64,000 bases of DNA, from IMG/VR virus record IMGVR_UViG_3300035208_004923, positions 256,001-320,000 of that record; one strand, given 5' to 3'. Made by a program: the position numbers and the translations under genes. This document shows, one piece after another, positions 50,618 through 62,238 of the stretch. The notes beneath the pieces are model-generated. The model saw only the letters and a list, made by a program, of their open reading frames with translations. It was not told where the DNA came from and made no database searches. Each line of letters starts with the position of its first letter. The stretch's first letter is position 1. The DNA is from a virus. Taxonomy: Duplodnaviria; Caudoviricetes.

Positions 50618-51467
50618 TTTTCGTAATTTTAAATTCGTAATCAATTAAATTATTTCGTTTGTTTATCATTGCGTAATTTGTTGCTTTTTCTAATAAGTTC
50701 AGTGTATTTGATGTTATTTTACCTTTATTTAATAATGAAACGATTGAAGCGTATGGCATATTATTTTGTTTCGCAAATTTTATCATTTCGCTCACACCTA
50801 AAATTTCGATAATATCGTGTGTCGGTGTAATAACATTATAAATTATCATTTGCCATTTTCTTTTATATTCTTTATATTCGTCACTTCTTTTTTTACCCGT
50901 ATTCGATTCTCCTATTTTAGCTCTATGCTCTTCTGTACTTTTGTGTCCTCTTCTAAATGTATGCAATCCTTCATTTTTTGCAAATGTTAAATTCCATTTT
51001 TCTTTTGCTGCGCTACGTTCTTCATCAGTTATTTTAGTTTGCGCTTCCTGCATTGATGCTTTTACTTTTATTACATATACAGGGTCATTCCAACGTTCTG
51101 CTGTTGCTTTGCCTATTTTTTGTTTTGTTGAATCTTTTAATACTTTTTCTTTTGCTGCTTCGGACATGTGTTGTCTATGCGAATCAGTGAAAACTAAACC
51201 TTGTGTGCCGCCTCCACCATCTGTTAGATTATATCCTATATTTGAATCCTTTGCATGCAATTCTTTTATCCAAAAAATTTCTTTTTCGTTTAGTTCATCA
51301 GTTGTATTAGCGGTATCAATAATTTCTTTTTTGAAATTCTCAATGCCATATTTTTTTATTGCTTTATTTATTAAAATGCCTGAACCAAAATAATTAGGAT
51401 TATTATGCGAATCTTGGCCAACGTAAATTTTGCCATTAATTAAATTTGTTATTTTATAGATAATCAT
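50598..51467 (-). CDS. GIY-YIG homing endonuclease
   Basis: IIYKITN..IYVGQ..YFGSG, EIFWI, GYNLTDGG, NUMOD3-like repeats. Confidence 0.9.
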   Translation of the reverse strand: MIIYKITNLINGKIYVGQDSHNNPNYFGSGILINKAIKKYGIENFKKEIIDTANTTDELNEKEIFWIKELHAKDSNIGYNLTDGGGGTQGLVFTDSHRQHMSEAAKEKVLKDSTKQKIGKATAERWNDPVYVIKVKASMQEAQTKITDEERSAAKEKWNLTFAKNEGLHTFRRGHKSTEEHRAKIGESNTGKKRSDEYKEYKRKWQMIIYNVITPTHDIIEILGVSEMIKFAKQNNMPYASIVSLLNKGKITSNTLNLLEKATNYAMINKRNNLIDYEFKITKNARSNH

Positions 51468-51543
51468 ACTTGTTTATTTTATATATCAAATATGTTTTCT
51501 TCAATTTCACAATACTTTTTAAATTGTTATGGCAATCGATTTA

Positions 51544-51894
51544 TTATAAAAGTTTAATTCCTGGTTTTGCATTTACTGTAAGTGTTATGCCTCTTTCAAT
51601 TTCGCCTGGCATAATCATTGCGGTTGATTCAACGCCCATCATTTTAACAGGCTTTAAATTTGTAATAAAAGGAAAACATAATCCTTTTAAAACCAAATTG
51701 CATTCGTCCAAGTCACCAATGTGTTGTTTAATGTTAGTAACAACCCATCTTATATCTTCATCGCCAAAGTCGACAACTAATCTTATTAGTTTATCAGATT
51801 TTGGAATTCCCATGACTGCTGTGATTTTTCCTATTTTAATTTCAAGTTTTTTCTCTATCTCGAGAAATTCCGCAAATTCAATTTGTTCTTTCAT
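51544..51894 (-). CDS. tRNA-binding OB-fold protein (Trbp111/CsaA/MetRS C-terminal-like)
   Basis: LEIKIGKI..IPKSDKL..VDFG, NLKPVKMMGVES..M. Confidence 0.85.
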   Translation of the reverse strand: MKEQIEFAEFLEIEKKLEIKIGKITAVMGIPKSDKLIRLVVDFGDEDIRWVVTNIKQHIGDLDECNLVLKGLCFPFITNLKPVKMMGVESTAMIMPGEIERGITLTVNAKPGIKLL

Positions 51895-52480
51895 TATTTT
51901 ACGTATATTATTTTTTCATCATTTTCTTTCAAATATATTATGAGCGTTTCTTCACTAAGTATAATATAAGATACTTCTTCATTTTTGCAAGAAAACATAT
52001 ATATGCCTTCTTGTAATTCTTTTACCTCATCATATACAATGTATTGAACAGATGCGGTTGCAGTGTCCATACCTGTTGAATTGAAACTTAATCGTTTGCA
52101 CAATTCATCAACAGTTACCTGTACATCGTCATTTTCATACCGAACCAATATAGTATCCTGAGCAAACGCAGTTTTACTGTAAAGCCAAATATTCGATTGA
52201 CAATAACTTGACATCGATATAAAGTAAAATAATAGTATGAACAATATCTTTTTCATAATTATGACATTACAACAATCATTTTTTTAATTTCATTTTTACA
52301 TGTTGGACAATTAAATTGTAAACCTGCCCAGCCACTTGTCATTCGAATGGTATTTACGTAAACAACTTCAGATGTTTCGCAAATTCCGGTCCATCCGCAT
52401 TTGCAAGTTATTCTTTCTTTTTTCTTTTCATCGGTATAATTTATGTCGATAAAAGAATACGCCATTGAATCGCTCATGAT

Positions 52481-53035
52481 TTATTTTTTAAGATTATTCA
52501 AATGTTCAACATCTTGAGGTGTTCCAGCAAAATTGATTTGTTCAAACCATGCAATTTTGTTGTCATCGGATATTAAATCGTCCCAGTATTCGTAAGCTTG
52601 GTCGAAATGAATATGGAAACTCATAACATGTTTTTGAATTTCTTCAGGCATTTCAGAAAACAAATATTCTTTTCCTTCAAATGCAAAAGTAAATTCATCT
52701 TTAACAAACCCTATTAATGTAGATAAACGTTGTTTACCGTCCATTACTTTATATACTTTTGTTCTGTCTTCAAATTCAGAAATAATAATGGTAAAATGTG
52801 GAATATCTCTGCCCATTAAAACAGAAGTAATCAATTCGCGTTTTTGTTCAATAGTCCAACAAAAAGGACGTTGCAAATTTTTTCCTTTTGTTGGAAGAAA
52901 AATATCAAAATCAAATTTGTGATTGTACCTTGGATTTACTAATTCTTTTAGCCATCCGTAATGCATTCCTTTTTGAATTTTTATCGGTAACTCTTTTTTA
53001 AAATCGGATAATTTCATATATTTTGTTTTTATCAA
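52481..53035 (-). CDS. DUF262 (ParB-like) domain protein
   Basis: LQRPFCW..LITSVL..IP, VMDGKQRL, FEQINF.GTP. Confidence 0.8.
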   Translation of the reverse strand: MIKTKYMKLSDFKKELPIKIQKGMHYGWLKELVNPRYNHKFDFDIFLPTKGKNLQRPFCWTIEQKRELITSVLMGRDIPHFTIIISEFEDRTKVYKVMDGKQRLSTLIGFVKDEFTFAFEGKEYLFSEMPEEIQKHVMSFHIHFDQAYEYWDDLISDDNKIAWFEQINFAGTPQDVEHLNNLKK

Positions 53036-53560
53036 TTGTTAAAATCAAATATACAACATTTAACAAGCAATAGCAATAGTAAAGCAATTTATTTTTCTAA
53101 AAGTTCCAAATTAACAGGAAATAATTTCATTGCTTTTACTGTTACTTTTTTCTTGTCCACTTTATGATTCTTTGGTTTGTCTGACCATAATCCTTGTAAT
53201 GATTTAACAACTTCCAATGTAACACCGGTTTTTGTTTCATTTGTTGCAATTCCGACTGTTGATGTTGTTATGCCGCTTGAATCAACAGAATAGCCATAAG
53301 CATTTCCGATAATAACTTCGTTTCCTAATGCATCATATTTCATATTGTCATTTTTAAGTTATTCAATTGTTGGTCCTTGTTCAAATGCAATTCCTTTTTT
53401 CTTCAAGTCAACTTCAATTACGTTGAAAATTGTACCTTTGTATTCGGCAGTTTCATTTAATAGTTTTCTAGCTTCATCCTTTGCAACAATAATGCAAACG
53501 CCTGAAGACATTTCCCATTTATCCTTCGATGTTGTTTCTAAAATAAAAGTTTTCATGAAA

Positions 53561-54139
53561 TTATTTTTTAAGATTTTCTAAATGTTGAGCATCTTGTGGA
53601 GTTCCTGAAAAATTGATTTGCTCGAACCATGCAATTTTATCGGCGTCAGCAATCATTCGATTTGAATACTCATAAACAACATCAACAGTAAAATTGAAAC
53701 CTGCTATTTCATATTTTGCGTTATCGGCAAGATCTTTGAAAAAATAAATGTTATCATTTACTTCAATTGGAAATTCGTTATTGTAAAATTTTGTGATTGC
53801 AGTAAAACGTTGTTTACCGTCGATTATTTTAAATGTGCAAGCAGAACCGTCTTTTGTTCTATCACGATACTGAATCCATGAAATATTTGCAATTTTAATA
53901 CCTTTGAGAACTGAAATTATAAATTCTTGTTGTTGTGATAATGTCCATACATGATCTCGTTGAAGATTTTTGCCGATAGACGGTAAAAATACATCAGTAT
54001 CATAAACATCACCATAGTGATTTTCGGCAAGAAACGAAATTGATTCTGTTGCCATGCCTTTATGAATTTCAAAAGGTAATTTTTTTCGAACATCAAATAA
54101 ATCTAGTGGTTTCATATGTTTCAATTTTATTTTTATCAA
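53561..54139 (-). CDS. DUF262 domain protein (paralog)
   Basis: LQRDHVW..FIISVL, IIDGKQRF, FEQINFSGTP. Confidence 0.8.
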   Translation of the reverse strand: MIKIKLKHMKPLDLFDVRKKLPFEIHKGMATESISFLAENHYGDVYDTDVFLPSIGKNLQRDHVWTLSQQQEFIISVLKGIKIANISWIQYRDRTKDGSACTFKIIDGKQRFTAITKFYNNEFPIEVNDNIYFFKDLADNAKYEIAGFNFTVDVVYEYSNRMIADADKIAWFEQINFSGTPQDAQHLENLKK

Positions 54140-54859
54140 TTGTTAAAATCAAATATACAACATATTTGATGCAATAGCAATAGATTTACTGATTTTTTTC
54201 TAAAATAACGATATTTTTTGTCCAATTGCCGTATGACTGTGTGTATGATTGACGTTGTGCAATTTCAGCAACAAATACCCATCCTTCTTCAAATAATTTA
54301 TTTAACTCTATAACTTCAGTTTGATTAAAGTTACTAATAAGTACTGCTTTATTCTTTATTGCCATTTTATTACATTTTAAATACTAAATAACTACCATCA
54401 CGTTGGTCTGAATGCCATTTTGCTTCTTTCCAGCCAGCAGCAAGATATCTTTTTTCAAGTATACTCCATATATCACTACGTAAACCGCTTGGTATATCAA
54501 TAGAAATTGAATTTCCGTAATTTACTGTTGATTTTGATAGCATTCTATCAATAATTTCTTCATAACGATTTGCGGTTGCTTGCAATTCCTTTTTGAATGA
54601 TTCTGGTCCTATTGCCATATTTTATGAGTTTAAAAGTGAACATATTAAAACTACTTGAAAGCAACAAATATCTATCGGCATTAATCGTCTTTCAACTTTA
54701 TATAACGGTGCATCTAATCTCTTTGATGAAGCAACCGCATCACCTATGTTTGGAACTAAATAATGTTCGTACGTTAATACAACATTTTGTTTCAAATCAA
54801 CAACTGTGATTTTATAAATTGGGTTATTGTCAAGCATATTCTTAAATTTAAGTTAAAAA

Positions 54860-55180
54860 AAAACGGTTTCGATACGCAGCCTTGTATAAACCTCAAGAAT
54901 CGTACAATCAGAATTCTATCAAATTACTCAAGGATTTGAAAGACCTTTCGGCTTTATATCTTTTACCTTTAAAGCCCTATGCCTCGGTATTTTTACCGAT
55001 ACGGCTAATAGAAAGCAATAAGAGATTTGAGTATTGAAATTTAACGTTTGACCTTTAAGATTTGAACTTTTCAGTTTTTTTCCTAATATGGAGTTGCGCC
55101 CGAGAGCGCGACGTTAATTCTATCTTAACCTAGATAAAGAGGGATTGTGTTGTAGAGGTTTTCGCGTATGAAACCGTTTT
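54860..55180 (-). ncRNA. Putative ~320-nt structured RNA with internal 7-nt periodic repeats
   Basis: Ends pair (AAAACGGTTTC-ATACGC / GCGTAT-C-GAAACCGTTTT; AAACCTC/GAGGTTT); seven heptamers at 55026-55074. Confidence 0.65.
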
Positions 55181-55196
55181 ACTTTATATTATTCGA

Positions 55197-55823
55197 TTAA
55201 ACCTCGATAGAAGTTATTGCATTACTTTCGCTAAGAACCGCATCGACTTCACCTAAGAAATCTTGAAGTTCAGTTTCAAGAATTGCAATTTTGTCATCTA
55301 TGTTAAGTGGGTCAACATATTCATAACCGTTGTTTTCATCAAACATTTTTGACAATGATGTGATTTCTTCTGGCTTTGCTTTTGATTTATCACCGCCTAG
55401 TGAAGCATTAATGAATATTTCGCGTTTTTCAGCGATTTGCGCATTTTGCTTTTCAAGACTTGATTTTCCTTGACGAGATCTGTTTTTAAGATTGTCAATA
55501 AAGCTTGCAGTTAATGCAGCGTTACCTTTTGCTGTTATTGCGTCAGCAACACTCATTTCTTTGTTTGCAACTGTTACAATTGTTTTACTGTTAGATAAAA
55601 CGATTGCTGCTTTAATTGCATTTTTACGTGCGATTAAATCTTGAACAGATTGATATGATTTTTTCGCGTTTTCAACGAATTTTGCTTCCTCTGTATGTCC
55701 GTATACAAGTTTACCTTTTTGACGGATTCCTACTGGTTGGATTTCTGAAATTGCTTTCGCGATTCGTGAATCAATTGTTTTGATTTCTGTTAAAGCTCTG
55801 TGAATTGTTAATTTTGTAGCCAT
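55197..55823 (-). CDS. Coiled-coil protein, DIP1984-like family (probable start MATKL at 55823)
   Basis: TIHRALTEIK.ID.RI..., K.AI..SN.KT.V.V...MSVADAI, VDPL, EVD.VLSESNA.T.IEV. Confidence 0.6.
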   Translation of the reverse strand: MATKLTIHRALTEIKTIDSRIAKAISEIQPVGIRQKGKLVYGHTEEAKFVENAKKSYQSVQDLIARKNAIKAAIVLSNSKTIVTVANKEMSVADAITAKGNAALTASFIDNLKNRSRQGKSSLEKQNAQIAEKREIFINASLGGDKSKAKPEEITSLSKMFDENNGYEYVDPLNIDDKIAILETELQDFLGEVDAVLSESNAITSIEV

Positions 55824-55925
55824 GTTTAAGATTTTTAAGTTTTTTAAGTTTGAATTAATTTCAAATATATTATACATAAGATTTCATTAGTTTCATTTTA
55901 TGAATATATAAATCAAAATAATATT

Positions 55926-56525
55926 ATGAATAAAACATTAATTACGCCAGAAAAAATAAAGGCCGCTTTTGTAAAAAAAGGTTACAAATTTTTTGAAAAC
56001 GATTTAAAAAATTATAACATCAATCTTTTTGGCATTCGTTCTTCTGATATGACACCTGATAAATTCAATGATGCAGTTTGTATCATGTGGAGATATAAAG
56101 GTGTTTGGACAACTAAAATTTATGATGCAACAACAGACCCAGGACTTTATTATCTTAAAGATCCAATGAACGTTCACGGAACGGCGATAATGGTGCCAGG
56201 ACAATATCCAGGTTGCTATGAAGTTGGATTACATAAAGGATATCCTGCATTGCGTCAAAAATTACCAATGAAATATTATCGAGATGTTGACAGAGATGCA
56301 CAATTTGATTTAACAGGAAAAATCTACGAAGAAGTTGGATTTACCGATATTCATCATGCATCGAATACTGCAAAATCAACAGTTGTTGCGAACTGGAGTG
56401 CAGGCTGTCAAGTTATTGCCGACATTAATGATTGGAATGAATTTTTAAGCATTTGCGAATCCGCAAAAAACGCGTATTCAAATTCATTTACATATACATT
56501 ATTAAATGAATCAGATATCGTTTAA
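55926..56525 (+). CDS. Putative endolysin / peptidoglycan enzyme (YkuD-like H..SxGC)
   Basis: NLFGIR, ATTDPG, PGQY, DIHHA..WSAGCQV; late-type promoter. Confidence 0.55.
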   Translation: MNKTLITPEKIKAAFVKKGYKFFENDLKNYNINLFGIRSSDMTPDKFNDAVCIMWRYKGVWTTKIYDATTDPGLYYLKDPMNVHGTAIMVPGQYPGCYEVGLHKGYPALRQKLPMKYYRDVDRDAQFDLTGKIYEEVGFTDIHHASNTAKSTVVANWSAGCQVIADINDWNEFLSICESAKNAYSNSFTYTLLNESDIV

Positions 56526-57533
56526 TTACTTGTAAGAATTTACAATTGATTCCAGCCGCTTTATAAAATCTATATTTTGATTATATGTATGAACATGAAC
56601 GGTGTGAGAATATTCAGATAATTCTCCACCGTTCATACGTTTACATTTTTCTTCGTTTTCCTTTTTCAAAGTTGCAATTAATGCGTTGATTTCTGCTTTC
56701 ATATTATTCAGTATAAAATTCCCAATTATCAGTTGCCCATAAAGCGGTGAAAAACCGCATGTTATATTTTATTCCATCTTCCGTATAAATGTTAGGACCT
56801 ATCATAATCAAATATTCTTCTGGCAAAAAATATTTATGCGTAATTTTTTTGCCAATATGTAATTCGATTAATGCTTCAGCTCTTGTCATATTCTTTATTT
56901 TAAAATTTCAAATAATTTCCAGGATTCTTTCCATTCACACCAGTACCAGTTGAATGTCCAACCAGAATCAAAATCAGCACAACGTTCTTTTACAAATTGT
57001 TCTCTAATAGAAACAAATGAAAACCATTTTCCTGTCCAATGAAAATCAGATTCAAATCCATTTGCAACAATAAATGGAAATATTGAAAAAATTACCCTTA
57101 CACGAAATCTTTCAGTTTTTACGATTTCGTAATCTTTTGAAATTGTATTACTAGACATTTCTTTTAAGTCGTTTAATTGCAGTTAAAACAGCATGTTCTC
57201 TTGCAGCGTAATATGAATCATATTCTTCGGTAAAATCAATGTTGCCTACTTTAGGGCAGTATCCGCACAAACTACAAGATCCTATTGCTACGTTAATATA
57301 AATTGGTTCTGCACATACATTTAAACTGTATTTTTCTAAGAACCATTCTCTAACTTGTTGCCATAAAGGCGCAGGTGTTAATCCATCGCTTAAACCTCTA
57401 AATGATACGTAATCAGTATCAATTGGCGTTGGCACTTTTCCTTTAAAGTATGCAAAACATTGTTTATCAAAACCCAATGCAACAACTTCTTTTGCAATTT
57501 CTTTAGTTACAAATTGACTTTCTATATGTTCGT

Positions 57534-59498
57534 TTATTTTCGCCATTCTTTTTTGTTTAAGAATTTTTTTGTATTTTTGTTAGGTATATTTTCACGCGTA
57601 TTCAATTCAGCTTTGATTACTTCAGGATCGTATTGTTTATTTCCTATCCATACGTATCCACGATGATAATGACATGTTGGACATGACTTAAATTCTTTAA
57701 GCAATTTTTTAGTGTCCATTGCTTTAATTTCAGCAGGAACTTCAATATGACTTAAATCTTTAACAATACGTTTTCGTATTCCTGACATCCAGCCAACGCT
57801 TACTTTATCGAAAACAAGTCCTACGTGTGTTGTAACTTCATATGTTCCATCTTTACGTTTTTTTGAAATCCATCCTGTAAGATCTTCAACTCTATTATTC
57901 AATTTTGTTCTGTACCAAACAGGATCATTGATTTCATATTTTACAGGTCCATTTGATGATTTTAATGCACTTCTTTGCAATACAGGATCATTTGCTTTTC
58001 GCAATTCAAGAACTTTGAAATATTGGTCAAACGTTAAATGTTTTTCAGATATATCACGACCTTCATATTGTTTGACCAATTTTGATAAATGTTCCTTTGC
58101 AGATTCTTCCGCAACTTTAGTTTTCAAATAGTCAGAAACTAAATAAAAACGGTATTCTTCATTTGCAGTAAGTAAACGTTTGTTTGCATCTTTTACTCTA
58201 GAAACAACAATCTTGCGTTTATCTTTAAGCGTTTGTATTTGTTCATCAATTAATCGAACAGATTCTTCATTATCGGCAATTGAAATTTGCAAATCTTCAG
58301 TTCTTTTATGCAATTCTTTTCCCCATTTTGTTTTTGTTTGTTCAACAACTTTCATCAAAACAGAATGATCATTAACAATATGACCGAATAAAACCATTTC
58401 AAACAATGTGTTCAATGTTTTTCCAATAGCTTCGCCTTCAATTCCGAATGTTTTAATATCATCACCAGTGATTTTTAAATCAGTGATTTTTGCAACCATT
58501 TTGCCTGATTCCATCAAATCAAGAATTTCCTTTACGTTAGAAAAAACACTACCTAATTTGAAAGCATCTTTTGTTGTTTTAACCATTGCAGCAGCAATTA
58601 ATTCAGCAGCAATACCGTTTTCCATCAATTCGTGCATTTTAATTAAAGCAAGAATTTGTTTTTTAGTATCGTTATCGCATTTGAAACGATTAGCAGCAAT
58701 TTGTAGAATATCATTTTCAAAAAATAACAGCAAATACATCAAATCACCTAATGTTTTGAAATTTTCATCATGAATTGACATTGTTTTGTTGGTTTTGATT
58801 CCGAATGTTTCAAAAAAACCAATGTTGCATAATGTTTTAAATGCAATTTCAACAGAACCATGTTTGTTGATAATTTTTGTAAATTCCTCAATGATTCGTT
58901 CGCCAGTGATATCTTTAAGTAAATCAATATTTTTTGACATCATTGTTAAAGTTTCATCGGAAATTCGGAATTTGAAACGAGCAGCAAATTGAACGGCACG
59001 TACAATTCTTAGAGCATCATCAACAAAAGCATTTGGATTAGTTGCATGAATAATGCGATTAGTAATATCCTTAATACCATCAAATGGGTCAAGAATTGCA
59101 CCATCCATTGCAATTGCAATTGAGTTTATTGTAAAATCTCTACGGAATAAATCCTCACCGATTGATATGTTTTTGTTTGAAATGATTTCAAATCCTTTAT
59201 GACCAGCACCAATTTTTTTATCGGTACGGCAAACAGAAATATCGAAGTCATCAGCAATATTTGGATCCTTGAATTTAATTACGGCAAAAGATTCGCCAAC
59301 TAAATCGCATTTTCCATGTTTTTTCAAAATTTCGATTAAATCGGCAACATCAATACCTTCAACAACCAGGTCAATATCTTTAGATTGGGCTTTTGTAAAA
59401 AAATCCCTAACACAACCGCCTACGAGAAATATTTTTCCTTGTGATTCAATTTCTTGAATCCATTTGGTTGAATTTAATGTTTTTAATAGTTCCTTCAT
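57534..59498 (-). CDS. cca: CCA-adding enzyme / class II nucleotidyltransferase with an unrelated C-terminal extension
   Basis: VGGCVRD, KDIDL, DLFRRDFTINSIA, DPFDG..D, F.DDALRIVRAVQFAAR, ERI..E. Confidence 0.85.
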   Translation of the reverse strand: MKELLKTLNSTKWIQEIESQGKIFLVGGCVRDFFTKAQSKDIDLVVEGIDVADLIEILKKHGKCDLVGESFAVIKFKDPNIADDFDISVCRTDKKIGAGHKGFEIISNKNISIGEDLFRRDFTINSIAIAMDGAILDPFDGIKDITNRIIHATNPNAFVDDALRIVRAVQFAARFKFRISDETLTMMSKNIDLLKDITGERIIEEFTKIINKHGSVEIAFKTLCNIGFFETFGIKTNKTMSIHDENFKTLGDLMYLLLFFENDILQIAANRFKCDNDTKKQILALIKMHELMENGIAAELIAAAMVKTTKDAFKLGSVFSNVKEILDLMESGKMVAKITDLKITGDDIKTFGIEGEAIGKTLNTLFEMVLFGHIVNDHSVLMKVVEQTKTKWGKELHKRTEDLQISIADNEESVRLIDEQIQTLKDKRKIVVSRVKDANKRLLTANEEYRFYLVSDYLKTKVAEESAKEHLSKLVKQYEGRDISEKHLTFDQYFKVLELRKANDPVLQRSALKSSNGPVKYEINDPVWYRTKLNNRVEDLTGWISKKRKDGTYEVTTHVGLVFDKVSVGWMSGIRKRIVKDLSHIEVPAEIKAMDTKKLLKEFKSCPTCHYHRGYVWIGNKQYDPEVIKAELNTRENIPNKNTKKFLNKKEWRK

Positions 59499-60185
59499 AA
59501 TTTGTTTTTATCAATTAATCAAAATCAAATATACAACATATTTGATGCAATAGCAATAGAAATGCTATTTATTTTCATATAATTCTTTGCATTTATGAAA
59601 ATTGCCATAAGAGTCTTTCCATAAACTTCTACAGTTCAAATGATTAATTTCATCGCCATAAATATTACGGTGAAATGAAAGACCCCATTTTTCTGCAGCG
59701 TCAATTGTTTTGTGCGTTATATATGATCTTATGTAATAAGTTATATTTCCTATCGTCATCATATTAATGTCCTATCATTGTATCGTAAACATGCTTTTGT
59801 ATTGCCGCAGATAATGATTTGGGTATTTTCACTGTATGCAGAATTTTATTGTTTGACTCGCCGATACGCTTTTCCCAAATGAAAATTTCGGATTTATCCA
59901 AAGAAACTTTATCAGCGTCAATCAAATTCCAAGTAACATCCTCGAATTGCAATTCTTTTGTTTTTTCTTTTGGCGAAAAATCAATATTTAATGCAGACAT
60001 AAACACGTATGGGTTATGTATGCTAGTCATTGTTATTCGTAACGAGCCATCTTCATACGTCAATGGCTTTAATTCCGAATCAAGTTTTAACAATTCGTAT
60101 TCTCGTTTTGTTGTAGATAGTATTGCGTATCTACCATTTGTCCATGAAAAGGAATCATTTTCAGGATATTCTAATTCAATAACTT

Positions 60186-60779
60186 TTAGCATGACTCAAA
60201 TATTTCAAAAGGTCCACAACATTTTTTATACTTTAAATCTGAACCGCAAGGACATTTTGCATTACGGTCAATTTTTGTTGATTTTGTTGGCACATCGCCA
60301 AATTTACGTTCAACTGTTAATTCGTGAACACCGTCAAGATGGTTTATTTCGTGTTGCCAAATATGCGCACGAAATCCTATGATTATTTTTGTATGTTCAA
60401 CGCCATCTTCATCCCAGAATTTTACTTTTATTCGTCTGTAACGATTTGCCATAATGTTATATCCAGGCCATGTTAAACAGCCTTCAACACATGCATCAGT
60501 CATACCGATACGTTCAATAATTGAAGGATTGATAATAGCAGACCAAATTTCGCCTGAAATAGCAGTTTCTTTTTCGTATTTGCGTTCCAAGAAAAATCTA
60601 TCCATAAGTCGATTGCCATCGACAGATACTTGATTTGCAGCTAAACCGACTGCTTTTCTGTATTTTACAAAATCAATTAATTCATTGATAAGTAAACTAG
60701 ATGTTCTACCAAAATAATGCGGATTTTGTATTTCCGGCAGTAATGGCGTTTGTTCTTCTTTAATAATTTCTATTTTCAT
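60186..60779 (-). CDS. def: Peptide deformylase with C-terminal SEC-C motif
   Basis: [20 protein letters not shown]; [17 protein letters not shown]. Confidence 0.92.
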   Translation of the reverse strand: MKIEIIKEEQTPLLPEIQNPHYFGRTSSLLINELIDFVKYRKAVGLAANQVSVDGNRLMDRFFLERKYEKETAISGEIWSAIINPSIIERIGMTDACVEGCLTWPGYNIMANRYRRIKVKFWDEDGVEHTKIIIGFRAHIWQHEINHLDGVHELTVERKFGDVPTKSTKIDRNAKCPCGSDLKYKKCCGPFEIFESC

Positions 60780-61077
60780 TATAACCATTTATTAAAACGT
60801 GCACTCATTTGTTCACAAATAAATGCACGATATTCTGTTTCAGTTTTTCCTACAAGAAATGCATCAGTGATAACTTCACCAAGTGTAACATTTAAAATAA
60901 CTTCAAGATCTGCAATTGCGTAATCGTGTTCAGTTTTTTTCAATACATCAAAGTCACCATTTAGTGTGTCAACAACGCAAATGTCACTTTCATTAACTCC
61001 TAATATTTCTAAAACATTTCTGTTATTTGTCGTTATTCTATTTCCTACTTTAAATATGTCATTTGACGTTTTCATAA

Positions 61078-62238
61078 TTATAAATTAAATGATTCAATCG
61101 TTAATTTTTCAATAGGATAATTTTTGTCGAAATACCCAAGATTTACGCTATTCATATTTCTATGTTTTGCATATTCTTTGATAGTTTTCAACTGTTGTTT
61201 TGTTATTTGCAACTTCAAATTTTTAGGATAATAAAAGAATTGATTTGCTGATAATTTTATCCAGCCAGTGCTTTCAATAAATTTCGCAGGATCATTTTTA
61301 CAATCGACATTTAATTCTGCTGGAATTAATCCAGCATCATATATTTTATCAGCCATTTCTAAATGAATCAACGTAAACATTATGCTTGAACGATAATCGC
61401 CGTAAAAATTACCGTTACGGTCAATCCATGCATTTGTTACTTCTGGAATATCTAAACCGAATGGAGAAATTACACTTTGTAGTCGTTTTTTTGATTCAAT
61501 TTCTTGTTCTTTTGTAAATTGTTGAGCAAGAACTGTTGATGGCTCTCCAAGAATATCTGTGTATTTTCCTAATGCCCTGCCTGTTAATTCTTCCTTCAAA
61601 TCAGCAACAGGCATGTCTTTGCCATTTTTTGCTCTATCAGACATTATTGGCAAATAATTTGGATGCCAATAATCAAATGTTTCAATTTTGTCCGCGACGT
61701 CAGACCAATCAATATCGAACATCGATTTATCTTTCATCGGATAAATGTATTGAAAGAACGGTTTTAATTCTGTTAAAATAAGTCCTGATTTTTGAACAAC
61801 AGTTTTATCTTTTGCAAAAGTGTTACCATTCAATTCTTCATAATCACCAAGTTTACCTGTTTTATATGATACACCCATACCATCCATACGCAATGGCCAA
61901 TATTTCATACGTGAATCTGCATTTGCATAAAGAATCGAATGTTTCTTTAATTCTGCAACCATTCGATTGTTCATTCCATCAAATGTAATATCAACACCGT
62001 CATGAAACGATTCAGTATCAGGCTCTATATGTAGAGTATCTTCATTTGAATTACCTTCCATTTTTGCATTTCCGGTAAAAACATCAAGCCAAAATTGTTC
62101 AGGACAACCGCAAGATTCAATTATGTTGATTGCTGGTTGAATTCTTCCTTCCGACCAACAAGTTCGAATAAGTCTTGTCATGTTCTCGCCATTTACATTA
62201 AATGACATTTTTATAGAACGTTTTGTAGTAGTTTCCAT
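61078..62238 (-). CDS. Hypothetical protein
   Basis: 386-aa ORF; C-terminal AWIDRNG..H..GWIKL motif. Confidence 0.5.
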   Translation of the reverse strand: METTTKRSIKMSFNVNGENMTRLIRTCWSEGRIQPAINIIESCGCPEQFWLDVFTGNAKMEGNSNEDTLHIEPDTESFHDGVDITFDGMNNRMVAELKKHSILYANADSRMKYWPLRMDGMGVSYKTGKLGDYEELNGNTFAKDKTVVQKSGLILTELKPFFQYIYPMKDKSMFDIDWSDVADKIETFDYWHPNYLPIMSDRAKNGKDMPVADLKEELTGRALGKYTDILGEPSTVLAQQFTKEQEIESKKRLQSVISPFGLDIPEVTNAWIDRNGNFYGDYRSSIMFTLIHLEMADKIYDAGLIPAELNVDCKNDPAKFIESTGWIKLSANQFFYYPKNLKLQITKQQLKTIKEYAKHRNMNSVNLGYFDKNYPIEKLTIESFNL

